Assembly: GCF_006345805.1 (NCBI RefSeq)
Contig: NC_043010.1
Coordinates: 30,008,001-30,072,000, forward strand
Length of the DNA stretch: 64,000 bases
Reading direction: 5' to 3'
Origin: Octopus sinensis
Taxonomy: Eukaryota
Every line of letters begins with the position of its first letter. Position 1 is the first letter of the stretch. Made by a program: the position numbers and the translations under genes. The notes under the pieces are model-generated. The model had not been told where the DNA came from. It did no database searches and was given only the letters and a program-made list of their open reading frames with translations. Below, in pieces: positions 38,095 through 51,599 of this stretch.

Positions 38095-40754
38095 CAGTGG
38101 TTCCCAAACTTTTGTTACTCACGGCGCACCTTACAAAACGTCAAAATATTTTGGTGCACTTCGTACTTAAATTCTAAAATTTATTCAAAAGGGGTTTTAT
38201 ACATATTAGCATAGCATAAACTATAAACTATATAGATAACTAAAAAATACTGAAAAATTGCATGTACTTACTCTTTATTCAATATATGAAGCAAAGTTAT
38301 CAATGCGCTTGATGTTTTTTGGAAACGTTTTCAATATGGGGACGTATTTGAGAAAGACAATCCCACATTTCTTCTTGGATGCAACGAAGCCGCTCTCTTT
38401 TTTTGAATTAGATGTTATTGAGGGTTGAAAATTCCAACCCACATTAATACGATGTGGATAACTGCATCAAAATGGATAAAGCGTTTTCTTTTTTGGTACT
38501 GAGGGGTCTTCTCCTATAATAGCAATCCAAAATGTATCAATAGGTAACTCAGCATACTTTATTTTTAAGTCCGCCATCACTGGATATAGATGAAAATTCC
38601 TCTTCTTCACATACTTTCAGACCAATATTAGATGGAATTTTTATGAAGGGGTTTCGAACCCAATCGTACTCTTCTGTGTTCAGTGACAGAAAATAAAAGT
38701 TTATGCTTTCTTCCAGATTTGTCGAATGTTCAAATACAATAGGAGTCATTTCTTTTATGCAGCTTTTACGTATTAAGGGAACTATTTCGAAGGTACCGCC
38801 TTCAGCTTCATTTTACCAAATTACAATGAAACCAGCTTATCTGTCGAAGTGAGAATGTTTTCATCTCTACCTTGAATACTTGTGTTGACGCTATTAAGTT
38901 GTGCAAATATCTCTGTTAAATATTCCAGCTTAGAAACTCAAAATTCACATTGTAGATAATCCAAGAAGCGTTTATGTTTTCTTCAAAAAATGCATGCAAT
39001 TCCTTCTGGAGTTCATGTATGCGATGTAGCACCTTACCTTTTGAGAGCCATGTGACTTTTGTGTGTAAAGGTAAGCGCTTGTGCTGAGAATTCATATCTA
39101 CACAAATTTGTTCAAATAAACAACACTTCAACAGCCTACTTTTAGTATAATTAACCATTTCAACAACTTGGTTTAATACTTGCTTTAACTCAACAAGTAT
39201 TGTTTTTGAAACTAGTACCTCCTTATGTAGGAAACAATGAGTACGTATAATTTTAGGATTTTGCTTTTGTATGAGCGATACAAAACCTTTAATAGAGCCT
39301 ATCATAGATGGTGCCCCGTTGGTACATATTCCAATACATGAATTCCAGGACAAATTCCATTTTTCGAGGTAGGCACGTAAACTGTCAAAAATATCTTGTC
39401 CTCTTGTTGCGAGTGGCATTTCTTCGCAACAAAAGAACTGGTTTATGATTTGGTTACCATAAAGCGAATAAATTTAAGTAATTGTACTTTGTTGCTAATG
39501 TCAGTTGATTCGTCAACTTGTAGAGAGCAAACTCCGAGTTCTGAAGTTTGTTCTGTACATTTTCCTCTATATCAGCAGATAAGTCTATAATTCTCCTATG
39601 GAGAGCGGAATCTTGTTCCTTGCTCGGTTTCATCATCTAACATGGTTTTCACCATCTTTCTACAAATGGGTAAGATAATCGACTCGGCTAAAGTATGCGC
39701 TTTCGTTTGTAGCGCAATCATTTCAGCTATCTCAAGAGACGCTACTTGAGCCTTTTCAGAAGCATTCATCCTTTTTTCAAAATAATTTCTTTGTTTATAT
39801 TGTTGTTTTAGCAGTCTTTGGAAATAATTCAGATCTTTACATTGAAGATGTGAGTGTTTAGTTGTAAAGTGTCTTTTCAACTTGCTGGGCAACATGCCTT
39901 CGTTAGACAAACAACACACAGCGGAAGAGGTTGATCCTCGTTGTCAGTCCAATGAAACCCAAACTTTAATTAACTATTGCAATATTTATGATTGGGTCGA
40001 GCTTTCGCATTATTATCACTATGTTTAGTTGCTTTTGATGAGCGTTCACTTTCAGATTCATAATCGTCACGGTTATGTTTCCTCTTAATAAACATTTCCA
40101 TTTTATGGGTAATTTAGTCTGTTGATATCACTCGTCTCGCACAAAGAGCACAGATTACTTACAGAATCAAACTGAGACCGAGACAAGTGACCAATAAGCT
40201 GTGAAAGTGGCAGCGTGTCACATATTTTCGGACTCTTTTGAGAAATATTGAGAAATTAATTGAAAAGATGAAAATTCTCGCCACTGTATGAATGAAAAAA
40301 AATTGCAATACAGCCGCAATACACGAGGACGTATTAAAAGATTTAGTTCAACATCGTATACTATCGTTCAATAGTATATTTTTCACGCTTATTATTGAAA
40401 TGAAAATTGTTGAGGCTGCGACCGAAATAAACTGAAACATTGTCTTGCACTGAATGTGTCCATAAGACGTCAATTTCGAGGATAGATTGATGCTAATTTA
40501 GTTCCTATCCTTACGAAATTTCAGATTCAAAATTGAACGACATTGTCATACCATAATTAGCCTAAATGAATTGAATGACACAGCCACCTCTCATTCTTAG
40601 TTTAGAACTTAGTATTTAGTTTTTTGCCACTTTGACATTTATTTATGAACTTTCTAGTGAATTTCGGTTTGTATTTTTCATATTTTCAAATATAATCTTA
40701 CTTTTTCGAGGCGCACCTAATTTCATCTTACGGCGCACGGTTTGAGAACCGCCG
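38095..40754 (-). mobile_element. Full-length hAT DNA transposon (Buster/Charlie-like), 2660 bp
   Basis: TIRs cagtggttcccaaac / gtttgagaaccgccg; perfect 8-bp TSD TCCAAGAG at 38087-38094 and 40755-40762. Confidence 0.92.
38300..40101 (-). pseudogene. hAT transposase pseudogene (ZBED8/SCAND3-like)
   Basis: BED-finger-like LSNEGMLPSKLKRHFTTKH, CTNGAPSM (DGA motif mutated to NGA), THCFLH and WVRNPF, split over four ORFs by frameshifts and stops. Confidence 0.9.
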
Positions 40755-41237
40755 TCCAAGAGAGATGTCAAAACAAAGACTAAGGGGTCTGTCACTCTCT
40801 GTTGTTGGGTGGCCGTTGACTTTACCGAGTTCATCCACCTCATGATAGGTTTCATTTTTGTCTTACCGGATATCTTCCCCACCAAAAAAACCCCCAAAAC
40901 CCAAACAAACTCTGTAGGATTGTCTGTTTATCACCGACGGCCCGACCATGCAACGGATTACATGTCCCGTACATACAAATATACATAAAAACATACATAC
41001 ATATTCATACATATGAATAGACTTATTAACATATATACGACAAGCTTTCGCAGAGTTTCCGCCTATCAAATTATTTCACAAGGTGTTGATTTGGTGTCCT
41101 GGAGCTATAGAAGACACTGGCTCAGGGTACTGCGCCATGGAACCGATCGCGAAAGCATATGGTTGCGAAGCAAGCTACTTTACCACCCGGTCGTACCTGC
41201 GGCTATATGGAGAATATATTTATATATTTTATGTGTA

Positions 41238-41756
41238 CCGTAAATCCTCGAGTATAGTCCGCCCTTGAGTATAATACGCAGGGGATTTTTAGGGGGATGT
41301 ACCTCTGAAAAACTTGAACCTTTTGTATAATACGCACCCCTTCTCTAACTTGAGTCGTGCGTAATTAAGCCAGCAGCACCTAGTCGAACAAACACTTCCG
41401 CGCATGCGTAATACAATAATGGTGATGTTCTTAACAATATGGGAATGTAAATATATTTGCAAATTGTTTTTGTTATATGTTATTCTGTGTTCTGAATACT
41501 TTTATTTTAATAAATGTTGCTTACTGGAAGTTATGGATGATTCTTTTATGACTTCGTTGCTTTCAGGCTTGGCTTAAGGTATTTTCACGCCCGACATCAT
41601 AAAATGCGTCTGAATAAACATTGCCGGACAGCAAATAGAGACTCGGATATTGCTTAGAGAATATTTTTTCATTTTTAACCTCGTATATAGTACACACTAG
41701 GGATTTTGACCGTTAAATTTTGGGAAAAAATGCGGATTATACTCGAGGATTTACGG
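41238..41756. mobile_element. Tc2/pogo-like MITE
   Basis: TIRs ccgtaaatcctcgagtatagtccgc / gcggattatactcgaggatttacgg; TA target duplication on both sides. Confidence 0.88.
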
Positions 41757-41929
41757 TATATATGAATGGAAATGTGTATGTATATGTATGTGTGCATATT
41801 GTGAGTGCTTGTGTGTGTGCATATGCGGGATAGCGATATACACCCCTGTATATGTGTGAATGTGTAAACAAGTATACTATTGTAGACCGTAAAATACTCT
41901 ACGGATGTTCTCTTCCCTATTTTGTACAG

Positions 41930-42615
41930 TTTAACCTGTTGCATGGTCGGGTCGTCGGCGACTAAACCGGCAACCCCACCAAGCTTGCTTGGGGAAGAGG
42001 GTGTTTATTGGACACCCTGCGGGATGAAAAACAAAACCCGTCAAAGGGCGGAGGAACTCTTGAGAGTCAACGGCCATCCAATAAATGTCTTAAGGCTGTA
42101 TCATGCGCGGGGACATAGAAATAATCGGACTGAATACCCGATCGCGCGGTTAAACCATTGGGAGTGAAGGACTCCTAGCCTTTGTTAGGGCATCCTTCTA
42201 GGAGAAGGTAACTCAGGTAACTGGGATAACTCCGACATAAAACCTGCGGCTCAGTGGTTACCGATGACGTTGACTTGTTCTTCTTTTCGGATTCTGGCTG
42301 CTGTTGCTTAGTGAGTGAGATTGACTCAGTGCACAGCCTTTTCTCACTTAAAAAAAAAATCTTGCACAGGCATTGCACGATAACAACATTGATTAAGCTT
42401 CGTGCAATGGCCATACTCGATAACGAGGGGGCAGCCACCATGTATGTATGTATGTATGTATGTATGTATGTATGTATGTATGTATGTATGTATGTATGTA
42501 TGTATGTATGTATGTATGTATGTATGTATGTATGTATGTATGTATGTATGTATGTATGTATGTATGTATGTATGCATGTATGTATGTATGTATGTATGTA
42601 TGTATGTATGTATGT
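41930..42615 (+). mobile_element. Non-autonomous retroposon with RTE-like 5'UTR segment and (TGTA)n tail
   Basis: GC-rich ~510 bp containing ggcatccttctaggagaaggtaactc (resembles an RTE 5'UTR motif), ending in a long (TGTA)n. Confidence 0.45.
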
Positions 42616-42969
42616 ATACACACACATATATGAACATAAACAAATTTGAAAAAACAAAAATCAACGAAAATCCAGGGCACGTTGACAATTAATGTTATTA
42701 GGTTGATACTTAAGAATGGAATAAAAATTATGGTGTAAAAGTATAACATTTTGGGTATAGTTCTTCGGATACTAGAGGTAAGTCCAGGAGAGACCTGGAA
42801 GAGAGGGAAGAGAAGGAGAAAAACATGTATGGGTTAGGGTGTGGATCAAGTTCACATGTTCGACCTATGTGTTTGTGAGTATGTGTGTTTGTGTGCGTGC
42901 GTGTGGCTGTATGTGGTTATATGTATGCATTCAGTATATACTCGCAAAGCAGCTTAGAACAAAATAGTG

Positions 42970-45229
42970 TGTAGTGATCCTATACAACGGCGCGCGCTCG
43001 CGCACCGTCCATTTGTATTTCGCGCGTGTTGGTGCCTTTACCAAGGCAGAGAGAGGAAGGGCCCTCTCGCGCATGCGCGAAGAAGTTCGTTACAGTGGTG
43101 ACCCCCCGACGTGATTCTGGTCTAAAACCAGAGATCACTTAACAACAAAGAAATCCAGTTTTTCTGCGAAGTCGGAACACGATTTAACTCTACGCATTCA
43201 TCTTTCGACGATTTGTTTCCGTCCTCTCGGACCGTTATAGAAGGAGCCCTTTTCTTATTCTACAGCCATGATGACGAACGCCATCATATCATCGATGCTT
43301 TTTCTCTGCCTTCGTCATCATCATCGTCGTCTTTCTACTTCACGTCGTCGTTATCTTCGTCGCCATCATCACTAAGAACGATGTTGTCTCAAGTCCACTA
43401 CAGTCGCCTTCCTCCACCACCGTCGACCTCCACAAGATGTACATAGCAACTCGCGGAACTTTAGCGTGCACGCTGTATGTGCATATGCACACCAAGGATT
43501 TACAGCACCGTCTATCTACGAGATTCTTCTGTTCCAGTTAACCTGTCACAGCATTGAAGCTACAACCGCTACACATTGTGTTCAACCGGCATCTGCATTT
43601 TGTGATTTCAACATTTCTGTTACAGAACGAACTGCTATTGTGCATCAGGCTATTACAGACTGGTAAATTAACTCTTGTCTGGAATAGCTCCGAGAGACAT
43701 TTTTTCTATGCGCTGTATGTTTTTACATTTTGCTCGCATTCACCTTGTATGTATTTTGTCGCACACACGTACACACACATAAATGCTATCTCTCACATAC
43801 ATACGTCACACATGCTTTTCTCGCTTGTTTGTTCCATGCTAAATTTGCCTTTTGTGGACACCCCTCATTTCTATAGACCCTAGCGGTCACGTATACATAG
43901 AGAGGGTTGTTTGTCCATTATAACGCGCCGGCATGTCATACCTTTTGTTCCTGTACGAACGAGGCATATAATCGCTCAACCACTGGCATATTCATTGCTG
44001 TTTTTCGGTCTGGCAAGCTCTATTGCATTTCATGCGCCTTTGCTTCGCACGTCTTGCCTTGTTTTTTGCAACACGTTTGCAGTAGCTTAGTATTTTTCCC
44101 GACTCATAGGACGTCGGATGTTCACATGCGCTGCGCCATGTTTAGGCGTAATTATTTTTCCCTGTTAGACCACTGTTGGTCACGTAATTAACAGAAAATT
44201 ATCTGTGTCGCGCATCACACCAGCATGTTTGCACTTTTGCCTTTTGTGTTACTAGCGAGCTTCTGTCAATTCCATTTCCTCTCCTGCAGCAATTGATTTA
44301 ACTGCTATTTCGCAGGATCAACTACCTTTAGAGAAGTTGGATTTTAATTTCGCCTAGGTTCAATAACTGTGAGTTCTGCCTTTTCTTCCGCTCCCTTCAG
44401 CGGAAGGTTCTATACTTTGTGACGTATACACTTTCATGCATGCACTCTTGATTTTTGCTCATTGAGTATTTTTTCTCTTTTTCCTTTAGTAAATTTCTTG
44501 TGTATGTTATAAATTTTGCCATTATATTATTGTGTGCTATTTGGTTGTCTGGTGTCCACCTTGAGTTTTAAAGTCACTACAAAGGATTTTGTGTCGTGCT
44601 ACACACTGGAGGGGAGCCTTGTAGTGATCCTATACAACGGCGCGCGCTCGCGCACCGTCCATTTGTATTTCGCGCGTGTTGGTGCCTTTACCAAGGCAGA
44701 GAGAGGAAGGGCCCTCTCGCGCATGCGCGAAGCACCGGAAGAAGAACCCTTTTGCTACGTAGCAGTTAGCCGAGGCAAGGGGGTCGTAAGACGTTGACCA
44801 CCAGCGTCCAGCAGCAGCGGCGACTTGGGACAGCAGCGATTGAAGGAGACGGTCACGCATATTTTCTCTCCGTTCGAACTTGCTTCTAGCAGTCCTTACC
44901 AAAAGGCCTTTAACCTGGATTGTTGCAGACATCATCTTCTTCCTCCGGACGCCATTTTGACCCGTTCTGTTTTGGCGGCTGAACATTGTAAATATTACAA
45001 TCGATTAACTTTCAACCTTGCGCGCCCAGGACCAAGGACATCAGATAACACACTTATTGTTACTGTTATCAAGAAAGAGAATAAAGTAGTATATATATAT
45101 TTTACGTCTGCGTCTAGTTGTTTCTGACTGGTAGAATTCTGGATTATTAAAGCAACGGCTAGTGATTGCTTTCTTGTACCCCGAAAGTACAAGAGAGAAG
45201 TTATTCACACTCACACAAAGTTCGTTACA
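42970..45229 (+). mobile_element. Non-autonomous LTR retrotransposon (Gypsy-like): 5'LTR 42970-43094, 3'LTR 44620-45229
   Basis: TG..CA ends (tgtagtg..gttaca); 4-bp TSD AGTG; PBS tggtgaccccccgacgtgat complementary to the tRNA-Trp 3' end (with 2 extra C); PPT ggaggggag; no gag/pol ORF. Confidence 0.9.
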
Positions 45230-45654
45230 AGTGTGCATTTATTTTTAACAGGTTCCTGCACACTAGAACGTGAACGGCATTCGCTGCAGGATTTCTCTCT
45301 ATAGAATTTCTATGTACAATCTTTATGCGCTTATATTAAATTAATTTCAGTTTGATAAATCTTAGCACACACAAGTAAGTGTTTTCTTTGTTGTTTTCTG
45401 TAAAGGAACACATGTTTCTGTCTCACTCGAAATGACCGAGGCGGTGTAATCACAGCGAAACACTATATCTAGGAATCTGCTGACGTAATTTCGAGCTTGG
45501 CGTGTCTATACACACGAAGTATATGAGAAGCTTGTTCTCTAAAACAAGATCCCTCAGTGAATGCCATTCATTAAGTGTGTAGGAAAGTGTTAAAATTAGA
45601 TGTACACATCATATAAGTATGCGTGAATGTATGTATGTATGTATGTATGTATGT

Positions 45655-46912
45655 AGTTGAAATTTACAGAGAAATAAATTCGCCATCTCCCTTCACCTAA
45701 AATCAACTCCACGCATATTCCCACAACTTTCCACCTTTAACTGTTCCCTCCCCAGCACTTGTACACCGTCGAACTCAGTATCCTCACCACACACACCATT
45801 ATATAAACATCCACCCATACACACTATTCAACTCAGTACTCACATCACACACCATTGCGCACGCCCCCACACTCACACAAACATACATTCACATACACCT
45901 TCCCACTCCACACTCACTAGCATTCAGCACCTCCTAGTATCCACACCACATATCATTATGCACACATCCACACACACTTACCAGTACTCTTACCACACAC
46001 ACCATTATACGAACACCTCTGCCCACTGTTCAACTTAGTAGCCGCACAACACACCATTATGCACATTCCCCCACACACTCACGCATACAAGCATTCACAC
46101 ACACCTTCCCACTCCACACACACACACACACACTAGCACCCAACATTTCCCAACATATCCCAACCACTAACTTTTGTCACCCTATCTCACCTCGCACCTC
46201 CATGCATTCCTCCATAACACACAGTATTCACTCCTAAAATACACACACAGAAAACATGCACCGAACACGCCTGAACACAGACAATATACACACGCACACA
46301 GCACGCATAAACTCACACAACTTTCGCATAAACATACACAATACACACGCACACTGTAGAGTCACACACACACACACTCCATGCTCTAACACACATACAC
46401 GTGCATACCACTCCATCAAGCACACATTAAATCCTACGCACAAGCGTTTTGCACACACGCACGCACACACATCATACACACACGCATGCGATAGCATCAC
46501 ACACGTACTATACACAGCCTCACACACATATACACACGTCCATACACACACACCTCATCCACACATACATTCACACGCGCTCGCCCCCATTCACACATAC
46601 GCACTCACACACATCATTCTTACATAATACACGCACTTGCGCACCCTATTTCAGCCGGGTCACAGTTATTATCTCCCTTTTATACAGCTCCTTTCTTCCA
46701 GTCATTTCATCATGTTGAACCGTTAATCCCTACACATTTTTCTCTCTGTTTGTTCTTTTTCGTTCTATCCATTTGTTTCCACTCAACTCTTTCCGTCGAA
46801 GAGCGTAGGCTTGAAACATCAAAGACCTTTCCATTCTTCTCGAGCATCAAATTAGTACACATGCTTGTTGTTCCCTCATCTGTTTTCGTCTCTTGTTTTC
46901 TGTAAATTTGAA
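45655..46912 (+). mobile_element. Penelope-like non-autonomous element with CA-rich body and short inverted ends
   Basis: Ends ttgaaatttacaga / tctgtaaatttgaa; degenerate hammerhead near the 3' end (46788-46825). Confidence 0.5.
46788..46825 (+). ncRNA. Degenerate minimal type-I hammerhead ribozyme
   Basis: tcttt-CCGTCGA-A-gagc gtag gctt-GAA-acat-C-aaaga; stems I and II intact, core mutated. Confidence 0.45.
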
Positions 46913-46948
46913 ACACACACACACACACACACACAACACACACACATA

Positions 46949-46997
<49 letters not shown>

Positions 46998-47326
46998 GAG
47001 TAATGTAGGTTCCAATGGAAAGACAACTTTCACGATACTGACAACCAAAAACAGATTATTTTTCTCAATATATTTTTCGAAAGACACAATTCATCATATA
47101 AAATATATAATATATAAATGCAAAAAATATATATAAGATATATAAAAATATATATAAGATATACATCCGTATGAGATGGCCTGAAATTGTAAATCTGATC
47201 TAAAACCTAAAAAAAGTTTGAAGGTTAAATGTACACGGTCAATGCATAGCAAAATCAAAAATATAAAAAGATGTATGGGTAGCTCAAAAAAGCGAATATT
47301 TAAGTCTAGAGATCAGATTCATGCAT

Positions 47327-47413
47327 ATCCTACGGACGTTTCGGGAAAGGTATTTCAGAATGCTTGAACTATTTATACCTATCTCGAATATAGACATTTC
47401 CTTCATCAGGGAT
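47327..47413 (-). ncRNA. Type-I hammerhead ribozyme with long stem-II loop
   Basis: atcc-CTGATGA-aggaaa..48 nt..tttccc-GAA-ACG tc CGT-A-ggat. Confidence 0.6.
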
Positions 47414-48029
47414 TATTTGAAAAGTTAAAAAAATTATTTAAGAGATTTTAAAAGACTTCATACTTGGACCAGGTATCCTATGTTGTGATAAAAATTTGTT
47501 CAGATAACTAAAATAAATTCTAAAATGATGGTTAAATGTACTACAAATCTCACGGAAAAATAATGCATTTACGGCTATTCTAAAACATATTGAGGATGAA
47601 AGGTCGGAATTTTAGGTTTCAATTATTAACATGGGTTGGCTCTACTTTAAAGAGAAAAAAAGTTGAAAGTTGAAAAATACCTATGTTTACAAAATACAAA
47701 AGCATCCAAAATCTTATTTAATAATATCTTTCTACTCATTCGAAGTATACTAATGAAGTCTTTGTGCATAATCTACACAATCTAGTGTGTGTGTTATATG
47801 GAGTAGTTTGTGTAATTATTGACCATTTTTTGCGCTTTTAAATTATCTATGTGTCTGGTTAGTGCTGTCCAATTTTTCGTGCTTGGATTTGTAAATGAAT
47901 TTTTATGGGCCCTATACCTAGTTTTAAGGTCTATTGTGCTTCCTCTGTAGATTTTCTTGGCTTCTTTTCAGGTACTTACTTCACACATGTAAACTAGGTT
48001 TCTTTTTCAAACAGGACCCTTTTAACGGG

Positions 48030-48770
48030 CAAAATTCTGGGGCTTCGGCGTTTGGTGCGAATTGCTGGCTTCAGTTTGTTGACCAGCAAAGCACTATATC
48101 TTGCACTGCTGATGGTACACCCCTTTTCCAGAGAGTCTTCCATTATAGGCCCTTTTGAGTCCCAAAAGATGGTTAGCATCACCTTTCCCGCGGAAGACTG
48201 AGTCTTGAATTTCTTCGTCGCCGTCGAGCCAGGATGTTTCCACTCCATACTCTGCATTTTGAATTCTATGTCATAATAATAGACTCACGTTTCATCTCCT
48301 ACGACTATTTTGCTTAAAAATTCCGCGCCCTCATTGTTATAGAGATCGAGTAAACGATGGCAGACCTCAAGACGTTTGTGCTTGTGCTTTGCAGTAAGCT
48401 CTCTTAACACCCATCTTGCACAGACTTTATGGAAGCCGAGTTCATCATGGATGATTTGATTGGAAGAACCATGACTAATCTGCAGAGTACGAGCTACTTC
48501 ATCGATGATAACTCGCCGGTTCACCATTACCATCTCTCGAGCTTGCTGAACCTTCTTGTCAGTGGTGGAAATTGACTGGCGTTCTGCTCCGTGTTTGTGC
48601 GTCACGCTTGTCCGGCCACTTTTAAACTTCTCGATCCACCATGCACATTTCTACGCGGTAGTGCACTGTCCTCGTATGGTGCTAAAGACTCCGATGAATT
48701 TCAGCATCTGACACATCTTCCGACCAAAGAAATCGGATCACTGCTCTTTGTTCTTCTTTGGTGCACATTG
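48030..48770 (-). pseudogene. Mariner transposase pseudogene (3'-truncated)
   Basis: EQRAVIRFL HTH, WVLRELT (WVPxxL motif), IVVGDET (first catalytic D), SAGKVMLTIFWDSKG. Confidence 0.88.
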
Positions 48771-49111
48771 CTAGTGGAGCGGCCTTGCTTATACTGTAAA
48801 GGCAGAAAAAAATGGCGTGATCAGGCTCTAACTTCGACCATGTGACCACAATGGTACCAACTATAAGCAATGATAAAATGGATTTGTTTCTATTAAGTTT
48901 GAGTCATGCACATCTAGTCACAACGATATTCGGTGGTTCGAGATCACAAAAGCGTTGACTGAAGCAAGCATTACATACTCTTCTAGAGCAAAACGCTTCA
49001 TTGAATCAAAATATATATGCAGAAAAAATATAATCAGTTGACGTATAAGACAATATTTATTGAAACAACAGCCAATACAACATATTAACGACCTTGTCAC
49101 TTCTCTTAGAC

Positions 49112-49326
49112 CAGTGGTTCCTAACGATTTTTTTCGTGTGGATCCCTTTCATTCCGGTTTTACTCGTGTGGATAACATTCGATGTTAAAAAATTCCTGTT
49201 ATATTTTTGAAATTAAATATTATCAATCTATTGAAGAAGTATAACCAATTTATTGTTCTCAAATTTTAAAGACAAAATTTTATGTGGACTCCTAAGGGTC
49301 ATATGGACACAGGTTAAGAACCTCTG
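49112..49326. mobile_element. hAT-type MITE related to the 26454 element
   Basis: cagtggttcctaac / gttaagaacctctg; shared internal ggatccc/ggactcc motifs. Confidence 0.6.
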
Positions 49327-50716
49327 TCTGGAATAGATATCAAAATAATGTAAATTTCTCACGAGAGGCTTTTTTTTATTATCAAGAAGTCACCACGATA
49401 AACGATCGAAAGGTAGTTTGTCATGAATTTACCTTGTATTATAATACTGCAGAAAGTTCTTATGTTGCAGGATGCTATTTCTACAGCCCTTTTGCAAATG
49501 TCTACGATTAGTGCTGTGTCTCCTATGTCTACAGTGTCTATTATGTCATATGTCCACCACTGGTCTTATGTCCGATAACACCAATGGTAAACGTAACCTA
49601 GTCTGACACCACTATCTCAACCTTGGATACTCTTGGAGAAGTTTACAATATTGCAAGTATTTGGGCTCGGAATTTTTTCTTTCTACCCGTATTAGAGACT
49701 CTGAAATGGTGCAGGTGGTGCTAAGGGGCATAAATGCTTCACTTGCTTCTCAGATTAATTCATAAAAAAGAACTTCCAAAATATTTTATCTTGCCAAAAC
49801 TGTGAATAAAAAGTAATTACAAAAGTTCAGTGTGTGTGCGTGTGTGTATGAGAGGTATGAACGTGTGAGTGAGGACGTTCTGTCGTGAAAAGCTGCAAAT
49901 AATCGAGATCTGATACACAAGATCAATTCTTCTTTGCACCATTTCTCTCTAATTACTCCTCTTACACGCAATTACCGACATTCGCCTGGGCTTTCATCAC
50001 GCTAAGTACCTCATGGTTCATCACATTGTATTGAGGCTATTGATGATAATCCAACGGTGTATAAAGGATTATAAAGGAGAGGTAGTTAAACATTTTCATT
50101 TTCATATATAAAAATGTGCAAGTGAACCAAATTATGTATACATGTACGTGTATATATGCGTATATGTGTATATGTAGGTGTTATATACTTGTCTGGACTT
50201 TTTAGAATATGGATTTTAAATAGGAGAATCAATAATATCAATTATATATGTATTGTTCGAAATAAGCTATTAGTTTTTGGTCTTTCTGCTTTGTTTAACT
50301 GTAAGTGTATGTAAATGTGTATGTGTCAATATAGAATAAGTAGTGTATGTATTAACAATTCTACGAATATATCAATGTATACGTGTGAATTGATATATGT
50401 TTATCCATATGCACATGTGTAGTTATACATGTATATAGGTGTGCATCTGCCTATTCATATTATAACTGCTAATTGAGGTAGTGATAAGTAGGATAATTTT
50501 TACATTATATACAGGAGCCTTATTCAGTGGTTTTGAAGTGTGATTAAGTCTCGATCACAGTCTGTAGAAACTGGCTGCAATCCATCTGTCAGACATTGAG
50601 GTAAGTTGTTTTGTATGGATAAACATAACTTAGTGAAAAATGTTTATGGTAATTATTTGTGAGCGCATTAATATGCATGTACATATATGTATGTCCATTA
50701 TTTAATTTTATGATAA

Positions 50717-51365
50717 GGCGGCGAGTTGGCAGAATCGTTAGCACGCTGGGCGAAATGCTTAGCAGTATTTTGTCCGCCTTTACGTTCTGAGTTCAAATTC
50801 TGCCGAGGTCGACTTTGCCTTTCATCCTTTCCGGATCGATAAATTAAGTACCAGTGAAACACTGGGGTCGATAAAATCGACTAGGCCCCTTCTCCCAAAT
50901 TTTTAAGGCCTTGTGCCTAGAGAAGAAATAATTATTTAATTTTATTATAAGGCGAGTTGGCAGAAACGTTAGAATGCCGGGCGAAATACTTATCGGTATT
51001 TCGTCTGCCGTTACGTTCTGAGTTCAAATTCCGCCGAGGTCGACTTTGTCTTTCATCCTTTCAGGGTCGATAAATTAAGTACCAGTTACGCACTGGGGTC
51101 GATATAATCAGCTTAATCCGTTTGTCTGTCCTTGTTTGTCCCTTCTGTGTTTAGCCCCTTGTGGGTAATAAAGAAATAGGTATTCCGTCTGTTTTTACGT
51201 TCTGAGTTCAAATTCCATTGAGGTCGACTTTGCCTTTGATCCTTTTGGGGTCGATAAATTAAGTGCCAGGAGTCCTTTTGGGGTCGATAAATTAAGTGCT
51301 GGAGTCGATCTGATCGACTGGAACCCCGCCCCACAAAATTTCGGGCCTTGGGCCTAGAGTCGAAA
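50717..51365 (+). mobile_element. Two tandem SINE family C copies
   Basis: ggcggcgagttggcagaatcgttagcacg..gagttcaaattc..gaggtcgactttgcctttcatcctt..gtcgataaattaagtaccag. Confidence 0.85.
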
Positions 51366-51599
51366 ACATTATTTAGTTTTATTTCAAGGTTTCTTGTCAA
51401 CAGAGAAAAAAAAAATCGGCTTCTAACCTAGATCCAAGGCTCCTTCACTAAAACTTCAACATCAACTGGGTATTTTTGAACTATGTATGTGTGTATTTAT
51501 GCATGCCTGTATGTTTTCTTTCTCTCTTTTTAATTTGGAGTTAATTGAGACCAGTCATCTAACTGATAGGAAGGTTAAGAAAGAACGCATATTAAATTT

